A stretch of 38,646 nucleotides of DNA from Candidatus Hodarchaeum mangrovi. GTDB lineage: Archaea > Asgardarchaeota > Heimdallarchaeia > Hodarchaeales > Hodarchaeaceae. Within the stretch, counting starts at the first letter, position 1, and each line of letters starts with the position of its first letter. The DNA lies in NCBI GenBank assembly GCA_016839515.1, contig JAEOUE010000114.1:1-38646 (forward strand), in the 5' to 3' direction. Shown one piece after another: positions 27,149 through 35,523 of the stretch. The notes below the pieces were generated by a model, which saw nothing but the letters and a program-made list of their open reading frames with translations, was not told where the DNA came from and did not search any database. A program made the translations under genes and the position numbers.

Positions 27149-27541
27149 ATGAAAAAATCGCGAATAACAGGTGTTTACTCACTAATTGTCGGAATATCGA
27201 TGGTGGGAATGTGGATTATGTTTCTTGTGACAGATAATATTCCAGAACTAAATACAATTCCTTGGGAAATTGGATTTCATATCCTTGCAGAAATCATAAC
27301 TGCTTGTTTACTAATTTTTGCTGGACTAGGATTTTTACGTGATTATAATTGGCGATATATTGTTTACTTTATTGGAACTGGGATGCTTCTTTATTCGATC
27401 ATCAGTGAGGGATTAGGATACTATGTCCAACGAGGTGATATTCTTTTTACAAGCATTTTTATCAGCTTACTGATTTTAACGCTAGGATTCCTTGGATTGA
27501 TCATCTCAGAGTATAATGTCAGTGATCCATTAAAACTTTGA
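27149..27541 (+). CDS. Hypothetical 4-TM membrane protein
   Basis: AGGAG upstream; four TM segments; FHILAEIITA and GYYVQ motifs. Confidence 0.75.
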   Translation: MKKSRITGVYSLIVGISMVGMWIMFLVTDNIPELNTIPWEIGFHILAEIITACLLIFAGLGFLRDYNWRYIVYFIGTGMLLYSIISEGLGYYVQRGDILFTSIFISLLILTLGFLGLIISEYNVSDPLKL

Positions 27542-27669
27542 ATTTCAAACTAGTATCTAATATAGTTAAATTAAAGAAGATTTTATTTAAAGAAAGATCC
27601 GTCGAGATATATAACCAAGACATTATTTGGAAAGCATGGGTTACTTCTGGAAAAATCAAGAGAACTAGT

Positions 27670-28200
27670 TCAATTAAGCTGACCCAAGCAATTTCTGACT
27701 AGTTCTATAAAGACCTTAGGAATTATTTTACTCCCCCATTTTGCTGAACATTCATAGAAGGAGGTTCCTTGAGAACGAGCATATTTCTTTCCTTCTTCTT
27801 CTGTAACTTTTCTTCTATCAGCTAGATCAATTTTATTTCCAATAATCGTAATAACAGCTTTATCACCTGCTATTTTTCGGTACTCATCAATCCAGTAATC
27901 AAGATCACCAAAAGTATCTGACTTAGAAATGTCATATACTGCAATACACCCTAATGACCCTTCAAAGTATGTTTTTCGAAGACTTCCGAACCTTTCCTCT
28001 CCTGCTGTGTCCATTAATACCAATCTTACCGGGAGAGTACTCCCATTGATGATAATTCCTCTTTTAACTGTAATATCCACCCCAAGAGTCGGTAAATAGT
28101 CTTCTGAGAATGTATTTTCCGTATATCGCCTAATTAAAGATGTCTTACCTACATAAAAAGATCCAACTGAGTTGAGCTTAATAATGACTTCATTAGGCAA
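27670..28200 (-). CDS. Rab-like small GTPase (eukaryotic signature protein)
   Basis: G1 GSFYVGKTS, G2 YLPTLGVD, G3 DTAGEERF, G4 GNKID, G5 ECSAK; RabF-like LGVDI, RFGSLR, YFEGS, AVYDIS; TTG start. Confidence 0.93.
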   Translation of the reverse strand: MPNEVIIKLNSVGSFYVGKTSLIRRYTENTFSEDYLPTLGVDITVKRGIIINGSTLPVRLVLMDTAGEERFGSLRKTYFEGSLGCIAVYDISKSDTFGDLDYWIDEYRKIAGDKAVITIIGNKIDLADRRKVTEEEGKKYARSQGTSFYECSAKWGSKIIPKVFIELVRNCLGQLN

Positions 28201-28373
28201 GGATTACACATCCGTACATCGGAATTTAGAGTCTTAGATTAAAAGCAATTCGGAATTATTTTTGATTTATTATTCATGTACCAATGTTTTTTTGCCTAAT
28301 TCATTTGGTTTATAACAAATTATCTAGTAATTAATTCTATTTCTCTAAATAATTATATTTTTACCTTGAGGAA

Positions 28374-29447
28374 TTGATGATGGTAACCACTCAGGAATTT
28401 TCTGCTCTTACAGAGAACGAAAAAATCGTCTTATGGGTTATTAGGGAACTATCAAGAATGGAAAGAGATCCAAAAAGTCAAGAAATTCTTATTTCTGAAA
28501 GTTTAAAAATACCTCTTACTGGTGAGGGAATCAAGAAGCTTAAAACCATCTCAGAGAAGAACATTGATTCAGATTCAGCAATTGAATTATTAAAAATTAA
28601 AAAATATGTTCTGTTTGATGGAAGAGAACTCAAGCTTACTCAAAACGGAATCAAACTTGGAAAAATAGCTCAGATTGAGCAGCAGAGTAATTGGTATAAT
28701 GATCATCTTCTACGGTGTGCAAATAGTAAAGCTTATGCATTATTTTGTGAAAAGGTTTTTGGAAAAAATCTTTTACAATTTAATGTTCTTGATATGGACC
28801 AATTAAAAACTCTTATCTCCTCATTGAATTTAAGTGCCAATGATTCAGTCCTAGATTTAGGGTGTGGTTTAGGTAAGATAACAGAATATATTCAGAGGAA
28901 AACGGGAGCTAAAATTTTAGGCATCGATTTTGCGAAAAAACTCATTCAATGGGCAAAGGAAAATACCCTCCAAACCGAGGAAAATAAATTACAATTTCAA
29001 GTAGGAGATATGAATCAACTTAATTTTCCTCCAACATCATTTAATGCTATCTATGCCATAGATACTCTTTATCCATCAAATATTGATAATATAGATGCAA
29101 TTATCGGAAAATTAAAAAATTTATTGAAACCAAAGGGACAATTAGGTATCTTTTTTGCCCAAATCATAGAAACGGCAGAACAAGAGAATATTTTAGCTCC
29201 TAATAACACTAAAATGGCTCAGGCATTGAAATACAATCACCTACCCTTTACTGTCATTGATTTTACAAAAAATGCACGAGATATATGGGAACGAGAAATC
29301 ATTGTTGCAAATGAGTTACAAGAAATGTTTGAACAAGAGGGCAATCTTGACCTTTATAAAGAGCGGATTGCTGATGGTGAAAGATGTCTTTTTAGGATTG
29401 ATAACCAACTGCAGAAAAGGTATTATTACCACGTTTCCATTGACTAA
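28374..29447 (+). CDS. Class I SAM-dependent methyltransferase with N-terminal winged-helix-like extension
   Basis: VLDLGCGLG, ILGIDF, FQVGDM, FNAIYAIDTLY, LLKPKGQL; N-terminal AIELLKIKKYV...LKLTQNGIKL. ATG at 28377 or 28380 is the likelier start. Confidence 0.85.
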   Translation: MMMVTTQEFSALTENEKIVLWVIRELSRMERDPKSQEILISESLKIPLTGEGIKKLKTISEKNIDSDSAIELLKIKKYVLFDGRELKLTQNGIKLGKIAQIEQQSNWYNDHLLRCANSKAYALFCEKVFGKNLLQFNVLDMDQLKTLISSLNLSANDSVLDLGCGLGKITEYIQRKTGAKILGIDFAKKLIQWAKENTLQTEENKLQFQVGDMNQLNFPPTSFNAIYAIDTLYPSNIDNIDAIIGKLKNLLKPKGQLGIFFAQIIETAEQENILAPNNTKMAQALKYNHLPFTVIDFTKNARDIWEREIIVANELQEMFEQEGNLDLYKERIADGERCLFRIDNQLQKRYYYHVSID

Positions 29448-29652
29448 ACCTTTTTAAGGTCGGTTCCTTGAAAGAAAGTTAAAAAATTTCAAATATCTTT
29501 TTTTCTTTTTATATAATTGATATAGGGAGAAAATAGCATTTCTTGTTATTTTAATGACCATATATTCCTATTTATTGATTCGATTATAACTCTAGAATCA
29601 TAAAATGATGCTATCGGAAGGATGAAAATTTTTTTCATTACTCCTATTTCCT

Positions 29653-29712
29653 TGTAAAATTTTTTTGAATGTGTGTAAATTTCTTTTTACAGCATGTAAA
29701 ATTCTTTTTACA
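29653..29712. promoter_or_regulatory. Array of 18-bp palindromes TGTAAA-N6-TTTACA at 21-bp period
   Basis: Full sites at 29674-29691 and 29695-29712, half-conserved site at 29653-29670; about 110 bp upstream of the PLDc_N/ABC operon. Confidence 0.7.
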
Positions 29713-29819
29713 AAATATTGAGCCTTCTAATCTCTTACCGATGTCAATAAGTTTAAATAACATAATTATCTTTATATTTATTGGATTAAAATTCAATAAA
29801 TAGTAAATGGTGTAAGAAA

Positions 29820-30080
29820 ATGATTACGAATTTTATAGAGGACTTTGGTGATTTAATATGGATAATAGCACCATTACTCATCCTCCAATTATCGTTAATA
29901 CTAATTGGACTTTGGGAATGGAATAAAAAAAAGGAGTTTTTACAGAACAAAAAATTGTTGTGGTTAATTATTATACTTATATTTAGTTTTGCTGGACCAA
30001 TCTTCTTTCTTCTTTATGCTCAAAGATTTGATGTCCCTATAAAGGGAGAAAAATCAGTTGAAGATGAGTGGGAGAAATGA
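29820..30080 (+). CDS. PLDc N-terminal domain small membrane protein (YxlE-like)
   Basis: IAPLLILQLSLILIGL...NKKLLWLIIILIFSFAGPIFFLL hairpin, directly upstream of an ABC pair as in Bacillus yxlEFG. Confidence 0.8.
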   Translation: MITNFIEDFGDLIWIIAPLLILQLSLILIGLWEWNKKKEFLQNKKLLWLIIILIFSFAGPIFFLLYAQRFDVPIKGEKSVEDEWEK

Positions 30081-30083
30081 AAT

Positions 30084-31013
30084 ATGGGGAATATAATTGA
30101 AATTCAAAATCTAACAAAAAATTATGGGAAATTTCAAGCACTTAATAGAATTAATTTGACTGTTCCAGAGGAATCAATTTTTGGCTATCTAGGTCCTAAT
30201 GGAGCTGGAAAAACAACTACATTGAAAATATTGGTGGGATTGTTACATTATTCTCAAGGATCAGTAAAAATCTTTGGTCAAGAAGTGAAAAATCATTCTG
30301 TAGCAATAAATAAGCAAATTGGATTTCTTCCGGACGCTGAAATGCCCAAATACGAAACAATTTATAGATTTCTCTCTTTAACTGGGAAATTAAATGATAT
30401 TTTATACCGAAAGGAGAGAATTTCTGAAGTACTTCAACAAGTCGGATTAAAAAAACTACAGAATCGAAAGATTGGTAACCTCTCCAGAGGCCAAAAGCAG
30501 CGAGTAGGAATTGCCAACGCACTTTTGCACGATCCCCAGTTATTAATCCTAGATGAGCCAAATAGTGGACTTGATCCAATAGCAAGGAAAAATATCCTTT
30601 CTCTTTTAAAAGATTTAGCGAAAGAAGGAAAATCCATAATATTATCTTCCCACATTATCGGAGAAGTTGATAAAATAGCTACAAATATCGCAATCATTCA
30701 TCGGGGCAAGATCATTGAAGCAGGTAAGCGAAATGATCTAACCAAATATTTAGCTCATCGTAAATATATTATCTCAGGAAAAATTATTCAAGAAAAGGTA
30801 CTTTCTTTAGATTATGTTACTGCTTTCAACCTTGATTTATTAGACCGAGTGATAATTACAGTGTCAAATAATATCACAGAAGAGCAGCTGCTACTTGATT
30901 TGATTCAAAAATGCGATTCCAAGATAAAATTCTTTTCTTTAATGGAATTTTCACTTGAAGATCTATTCTTCGCTAAAATTACCGAGGAAATAAAAGGAGA
31001 AGATTATCCATGA
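30084..31013 (+). CDS. ABC transporter ATP-binding protein (YxlF-like)
   Basis: GPNGAGKTT, LSRGQKQR, LILDEPNSGLD, SSH, C-terminal SLEDLF. Confidence 0.95.
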   Translation: MGNIIEIQNLTKNYGKFQALNRINLTVPEESIFGYLGPNGAGKTTTLKILVGLLHYSQGSVKIFGQEVKNHSVAINKQIGFLPDAEMPKYETIYRFLSLTGKLNDILYRKERISEVLQQVGLKKLQNRKIGNLSRGQKQRVGIANALLHDPQLLILDEPNSGLDPIARKNILSLLKDLAKEGKSIILSSHIIGEVDKIATNIAIIHRGKIIEAGKRNDLTKYLAHRKYIISGKIIQEKVLSLDYVTAFNLDLLDRVIITVSNNITEEQLLLDLIQKCDSKIKFFSLMEFSLEDLFFAKITEEIKGEDYP

Positions 31014-31771
31014 GACTACATTCATTTTATGTCCAATTCAAAAATGATTTATGTGCAGATAGACTGAAACTTATACTTTTAAGTTTTCTATTTTTCTTTC
31101 AAATTATTATGAGTATCATTGGCACTTTCTACATGCAGGATTTACTGAAGTTATTTGGTTTTGAGTTAGTGAATCCAATAACTCCATCAGGGGAAGTTGC
31201 TTTAGCTGATTTCTTTAGTGATGTATTTCTCTTCGGAATCATAATCGCTTCACTAGGTACCATGAATATCTTTGCTGGAGATATAGAAAGCGGATCCATT
31301 AATTATTCTTTATCAAGACCCATTACACGTGAGGATTATTCTATAGCAAAGATTTTCTCCCGACTAATTACCCTTATTGTCCCTTTTATAATAGCTTCAT
31401 TCTTTGGATGGTTTTATTTGCTCTTCTTTTTTACAGAGATTCCTCTTATTAATTTAGTCTGGACTCTGATTCCAATAGTTCTTTTTTATAGTTATATTGG
31501 GGTCGTAACAAGTCTTCTCAGTACAAGATTTACTTCTTTAACAGCTGGATTTAGTGCTATTGCCATTTTCATTGTTCAATTTGCTATTGCTGCATTTAAA
31601 CCTTTGGAGCTACTCTCCCCATTCACCTTTGCGGCTTTTTGGCCAAAATTACTTAATAACAACTTAAGCCTTTATTCTTGGGAAGCTATACGTAATCTAG
31701 GAATGATCAGTATCTGGATTCTGATCCCCTTGATCCTAGTAATTTTATCAATGCGAAGAAGAGATTTCTAG
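31010..31771 (+). CDS. ABC-2 transporter permease (YxlG-like)
   Basis: FAGDIESGSINYSLSRPITREDYSIAK, 6 TM, ends RRRDF; ATGA overlap with the ATPase gene. Confidence 0.9.
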   Translation: MRLHSFYVQFKNDLCADRLKLILLSFLFFFQIIMSIIGTFYMQDLLKLFGFELVNPITPSGEVALADFFSDVFLFGIIIASLGTMNIFAGDIESGSINYSLSRPITREDYSIAKIFSRLITLIVPFIIASFFGWFYLLFFFTEIPLINLVWTLIPIVLFYSYIGVVTSLLSTRFTSLTAGFSAIAIFIVQFAIAAFKPLELLSPFTFAAFWPKLLNNNLSLYSWEAIRNLGMISIWILIPLILVILSMRRRDF

Positions 31772-32505
31772 ACTCTTCTTCTCTCTTCTTTTTTTAAAAA
31801 AAGGGGAAGTTTCTTGTCATTTGATATGTAGAAATAAAGAAATGACAAGAAAATACTTGATAATAGCAATATTATCCCTATTACTTGGTTTAAAACTGCA
31901 ATATCAAAAAGAGCAGGTTCTGGGAATAAGAAAATTATGGCTAAAGCATTTGTAAGAGCAATAGAGATAAGAATTTCACGATTATTAGGGGCAAAGAAGA
32001 TCCATATGAAATTATTAATTAACAGTAGCGTCCAAAGCGTTTTAGTTCGATAAATGAAAAGTAAGATCGATGATAGAGAGAGTAAAAGAAAGAAGATGCT
32101 TAATAAAATATGCCACTGGAGGAGAGTCAATCCTAGGATGAAGAAAAAAATCCACCATGCACCAAGTATCAGTTCAAGAGGATTTAGTCTGGAAAAACCA
32201 AGATAAATATCTGAAAATGGCGACCCCTTTGATTCAACAACTAAATCTAACATTAATGCAGCTCTCCTTCCCAGTTTAGTTAAAGAATATCTTCCTTCAA
32301 GATCCTTGCCAATAAGATGCGCTTTACCTAGTAATGATAGATGGTATGCAACATTAGATGAGGCTGGAAGATTTAGACTGTTTAAGAATTCTGAATATGA
32401 TACTAAATTATTGTTAACATGAAGAATTCGAATTATTTCGCGTCTAATATCATGATTCAATGCCTTAAGAACTTCTGTTATGTCTCCTTCTGGAACTGAT
32501 GTCAT
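31768..32505 (-). CDS. Membrane-tethered ArsR-like winged-helix transcriptional regulator
   Basis: VLKALNHDIRREIIRIL...SSNVAYHLSLL...GRYSLTKLGRRA, then about 5 TM segments. Its stop overlaps the convergent gene stop at CTAG 31768-31771. Confidence 0.85.
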   Translation of the reverse strand: MTSVPEGDITEVLKALNHDIRREIIRILHVNNNLVSYSEFLNSLNLPASSNVAYHLSLLGKAHLIGKDLEGRYSLTKLGRRAALMLDLVVESKGSPFSDIYLGFSRLNPLELILGAWWIFFFILGLTLLQWHILLSIFFLLLSLSSILLFIYRTKTLWTLLLINNFIWIFFAPNNREILISIALTNALAIIFLFPEPALFDIAVLNQVIGIILLLSSIFLSFLYFYISNDKKLPLFLKKEERRRV

Positions 32506-32538
32506 AATTCTCCTCCTAACTTTTGGTTAGATAGGTTA

Positions 32539-33270
32539 TTAAGCTGTTATTACATCTTTCGATATAAGGTAATAAATTAAAATTGCTCCCATTGGTATAA
32601 AACTAGGAAAAATAGAATATAATGGAAAATTGTGCCCTAAAACAGTAAGAAATGTTAAAAACGGGATTAATCCCCAAAATGTAATGACAATATATTCTCT
32701 ATAAGCACTAAAATGTTTTGAAAAGAATTGGTTCACATATATCGACAATAAAACAAATCCAATTCCAAAGAGGCCCAACCCAAGAAGAAGTGAGGAGAGT
32801 TGGGTTAATATTCCTAATTGAATCAATTGGGAAATGTCTCCAAATGGATTTAATCCACCAATAATAAGGTATCCAGTCCCATTTATTAGAGACCAGAAGG
32901 TTAACCAAATCAAAAATATTGATAGAAGGATTCTTTTTTCAGACAGGATAAAATGGAGAAGGACAAGAGAAAAAAAACAAACAATAATACAGACTATAAT
33001 ACCTCCAGCAATTACATAGCTTCGGAGCAAAGGTGGTACATCACTGGGAAGATGCCAAGAAATCGAAGAGAATTCTAAAGGCCATAACCATGAGATGGTA
33101 AAAGAATTTATTTTTCCCCCAGCGAGCAAAACTATCAATCCATGTCCTAAGATTTCATGAATTATTTCTACAATCATTTTTACAATAAAACCCATAAATA
33201 TGAATATTAAGATAAAACGAGTGACAGAAAGTGGTGTGAATACGAACTCTTCACTGGTTTTATTTGCCAT
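32539..33270 (-). CDS. M50-like membrane metallopeptidase (HExxGH variant)
   Basis: TM-embedded EIIHEILGHGLIVLLAGG, VIAGG, and NPFGD (candidate third metal ligand); about 6 TM. Confidence 0.7.
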   Translation of the reverse strand: MANKTSEEFVFTPLSVTRFILIFIFMGFIVKMIVEIIHEILGHGLIVLLAGGKINSFTISWLWPLEFSSISWHLPSDVPPLLRSYVIAGGIIVCIIVCFFSLVLLHFILSEKRILLSIFLIWLTFWSLINGTGYLIIGGLNPFGDISQLIQLGILTQLSSLLLGLGLFGIGFVLLSIYVNQFFSKHFSAYREYIVITFWGLIPFLTFLTVLGHNFPLYSIFPSFIPMGAILIYYLISKDVITA

Positions 33271-33481
33271 CCTTTACACGACGTCGACTTATAATCTCAA
33301 GTCCAAGAGCTAATCCTAAAAAAATAACCATTAAGAGAGAACAAATAAATGTATAATCCCTAAAGGGGTAAGTAATTACTGGAAGCATTCCCGTTGACCG
33401 TTGTTGAAAATTATATGTAAAAATGGTTAAAACGAACATCAAACCAGTTAATCCATAAGCACTTATTCTAAATATTTTCAT
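33260..33481 (-). CDS. Small 2-TM hypothetical protein
   Basis: Two TM helices around ITYPFRDY, basic tail; overlaps the peptidase start by 11 bp. Confidence 0.65.
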   Translation of the reverse strand: MKIFRISAYGLTGLMFVLTIFTYNFQQRSTGMLPVITYPFRDYTFICSLLMVIFLGLALGLEIISRRRVKDGK

Positions 33482-33510
33482 AACTATCCCTGTAGAGAAT
33501 TCTAATAATA

Positions 33511-33553
33511 TTTCAAGTCATTATTCAGAAGTTATTTGATAAATGACTTCAAA
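33511..33553. promoter_or_regulatory. 43-bp imperfect palindrome (core AAGTCATT...AATGACTT)
   Basis: Core arms 33515-33522 and 33542-33549, plus outer TTT/AAA and inner TCA/TGA; 30 bp upstream of the minus-strand operon. Confidence 0.5.
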
Positions 33554-33628
33554 GTTTAAAAAAGGTGAGATTTGGGTAATCTAGAACAGATAAATAGTAT
33601 CTGACGAATTTCTTTGAATTAATTTATA

Positions 33629-33650
33629 TTTTCAATTTTTATATTGAAAA
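33629..33650. promoter_or_regulatory. Inverted repeat TTTTCAAT-N6-ATTGAAAA
   Basis: Perfect 8-bp arms about 90 bp upstream of the ABC exporter pair; AT-rich, so chance is possible. Confidence 0.3.
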
Positions 33651-33737
33651 CTCAAAGGATCTATTTATTTGTTAGAAAAGATACATCAGACTTTTGGTAA
33701 TTTTTCATATTGATTATGATTGATCAAGGGTTAAGGT

Positions 33738-35507
33738 TTGATTATGAGTTTAGATGTAAAAAAGTATCAGAGTTACAAACGGTGGCTTTTATTCCATCTG
33801 GTCAATCAAAAATTATTAGTTTTTGGAGTAATTGTTGGGATTAGTATTGTAACTCTTTCAAGAGTTCTTGTACCCATTGTAATTGGGTATATTGTTGATA
33901 CAACTCTATTAACACGTGATCTTGCTAATTTAATTATGTTACTCATCATTGTATTTTTTATTTATCTCGTACGAAATGCTGGGGATTACCTTACAATGCT
34001 GATTGGTCATTACTTAGGTTTAAAGACAGAACAGTATATGAGGCAGGAATTTTTTGATACTATTCAACACAAATCCTTACGATATCATGATATTGCCAAG
34101 ACTGGTGATTTAGAAGCGTTAGCTACCAATGATTTACGAATTATCAACACAATGCTTTCTCATGGTGCTTTCTATATTTACCCCTTTTTTCAGGTAATAT
34201 TGGCTTTTCTTTTATTTTTTACCCTAGATATTCGATTGGCGTTAATTTGTGTTCCATTTTTTGCCATCTACTTTTATTTTGTTCTTGACTATCGAAAAAA
34301 AATCACTCCTTGGGCTGCAGCGCGAATGGTAAAACATTCGGATCTTGTAGTGGTATTACAAGAAAGTATTAGTGGAACAGCTGTAGTTAAAGCATTCACA
34401 GCAGAACAATGGGAACGTAAGAAGTTTAAAAAGGCAGTAATTGGATTTCGAGATAATCGAATTGGAGAAACACGAGTTCAAGCGAGATTTTACCCGTTAT
34501 TGACTTTAAATATCGCTATTGGTACAACCTTTCTTATTGGTACGTTTTTAGTCTTTCAAAATTCCCTTTCACTTGGATCATTAACTGCAGTTAATTTACT
34601 CTTAATCACTTTACTGGATCCAACAGGTATGATCTTTTGGGCCACTAATGATATGATGAGTGGATTTGCAGCATGTTCAAGATTATTTAATTCCCTCTTA
34701 ATTGAGGAAAATGAGAGGAGTGATGCTAAACTGGAAGAATGGCCTGAAACACTCAGAGGAAAGATTGAGTTTCGTAACGTTACCTTTTCATATGGAGAAG
34801 GAAAAAAACCAGTCCTTCAAAATATATCATTTACTGTTGAGAAGAATCAACGAGTGGCTCTTGTTGGACCAACGGGATGTGGAAAAACCACATTAGTAAA
34901 ATTGTTATTACGTCTTTACGAACCTCAAGAAGGTACTATTTGCCTGGATGGAAGAAATATTCAAGATTTTCCTCTTAACGAGCTACGTAGACATATTGGT
35001 TACATCGAGCAAGATATTTACCTTTTTTCCCGTTCAATAAAGGAAAATATAGCTTTTGGTAAACCAAATGCTTCTGATGAAGAAATTTTAGCAGTTGCTG
35101 AACTTGCTCAAGTCCATGATTTTGTCAAGGAATTCCCTGATCAATACAATACTGTTGTTGGTGAACGAGGAACCCGACTTTCAGGTGGAGAAAAACAACG
35201 TGTGGCAATTGCTCGTGCATTTTTAACAGATCCTGACATTTTAATACTGGATGATGCAGTTTCATCAGTAGATAGTGAAACAGAAGAGAAAATTACCCGT
35301 TCTCTAGAAAATATTGCAAAAAACAGGACTACACTAATTATTACTCATCGTTTGCATACAATACGTTCTTCGGATAAAATTCTAGTCCTCAAACAGGGTC
35401 AAATTGTAGCAGAGGGAAATCATAACGAATTATTACAATACTCGAGTGATTATCGACGTATTTTTGGAAAATATCAACTTTTACCACCCTTAAGAATCAA
35501 AAACTAG
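33738..35507 (+). CDS. ABC exporter half-transporter (TMD+NBD), subunit with degenerate Walker B
   Basis: 6 TM; GPTGCGKTT, LSGGEKQR, ILILDDAVSSVD (Asp at the catalytic Glu). ATG at 33744 is the likelier start. Confidence 0.93.
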   Translation: MIMSLDVKKYQSYKRWLLFHLVNQKLLVFGVIVGISIVTLSRVLVPIVIGYIVDTTLLTRDLANLIMLLIIVFFIYLVRNAGDYLTMLIGHYLGLKTEQYMRQEFFDTIQHKSLRYHDIAKTGDLEALATNDLRIINTMLSHGAFYIYPFFQVILAFLLFFTLDIRLALICVPFFAIYFYFVLDYRKKITPWAAARMVKHSDLVVVLQESISGTAVVKAFTAEQWERKKFKKAVIGFRDNRIGETRVQARFYPLLTLNIAIGTTFLIGTFLVFQNSLSLGSLTAVNLLLITLLDPTGMIFWATNDMMSGFAACSRLFNSLLIEENERSDAKLEEWPETLRGKIEFRNVTFSYGEGKKPVLQNISFTVEKNQRVALVGPTGCGKTTLVKLLLRLYEPQEGTICLDGRNIQDFPLNELRRHIGYIEQDIYLFSRSIKENIAFGKPNASDEEILAVAELAQVHDFVKEFPDQYNTVVGERGTRLSGGEKQRVAIARAFLTDPDILILDDAVSSVDSETEEKITRSLENIAKNRTTLIITHRLHTIRSSDKILVLKQGQIVAEGNHNELLQYSSDYRRIFGKYQLLPPLRIKN

Positions 35508-35523
35508 AAAGAAGGACTTTGAA

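Noticed and set aside
29653-29712. Mini CRISPR array
   Set aside because: Units are 18 bp with 3-bp gaps, there are no unique spacers and no cas genes.
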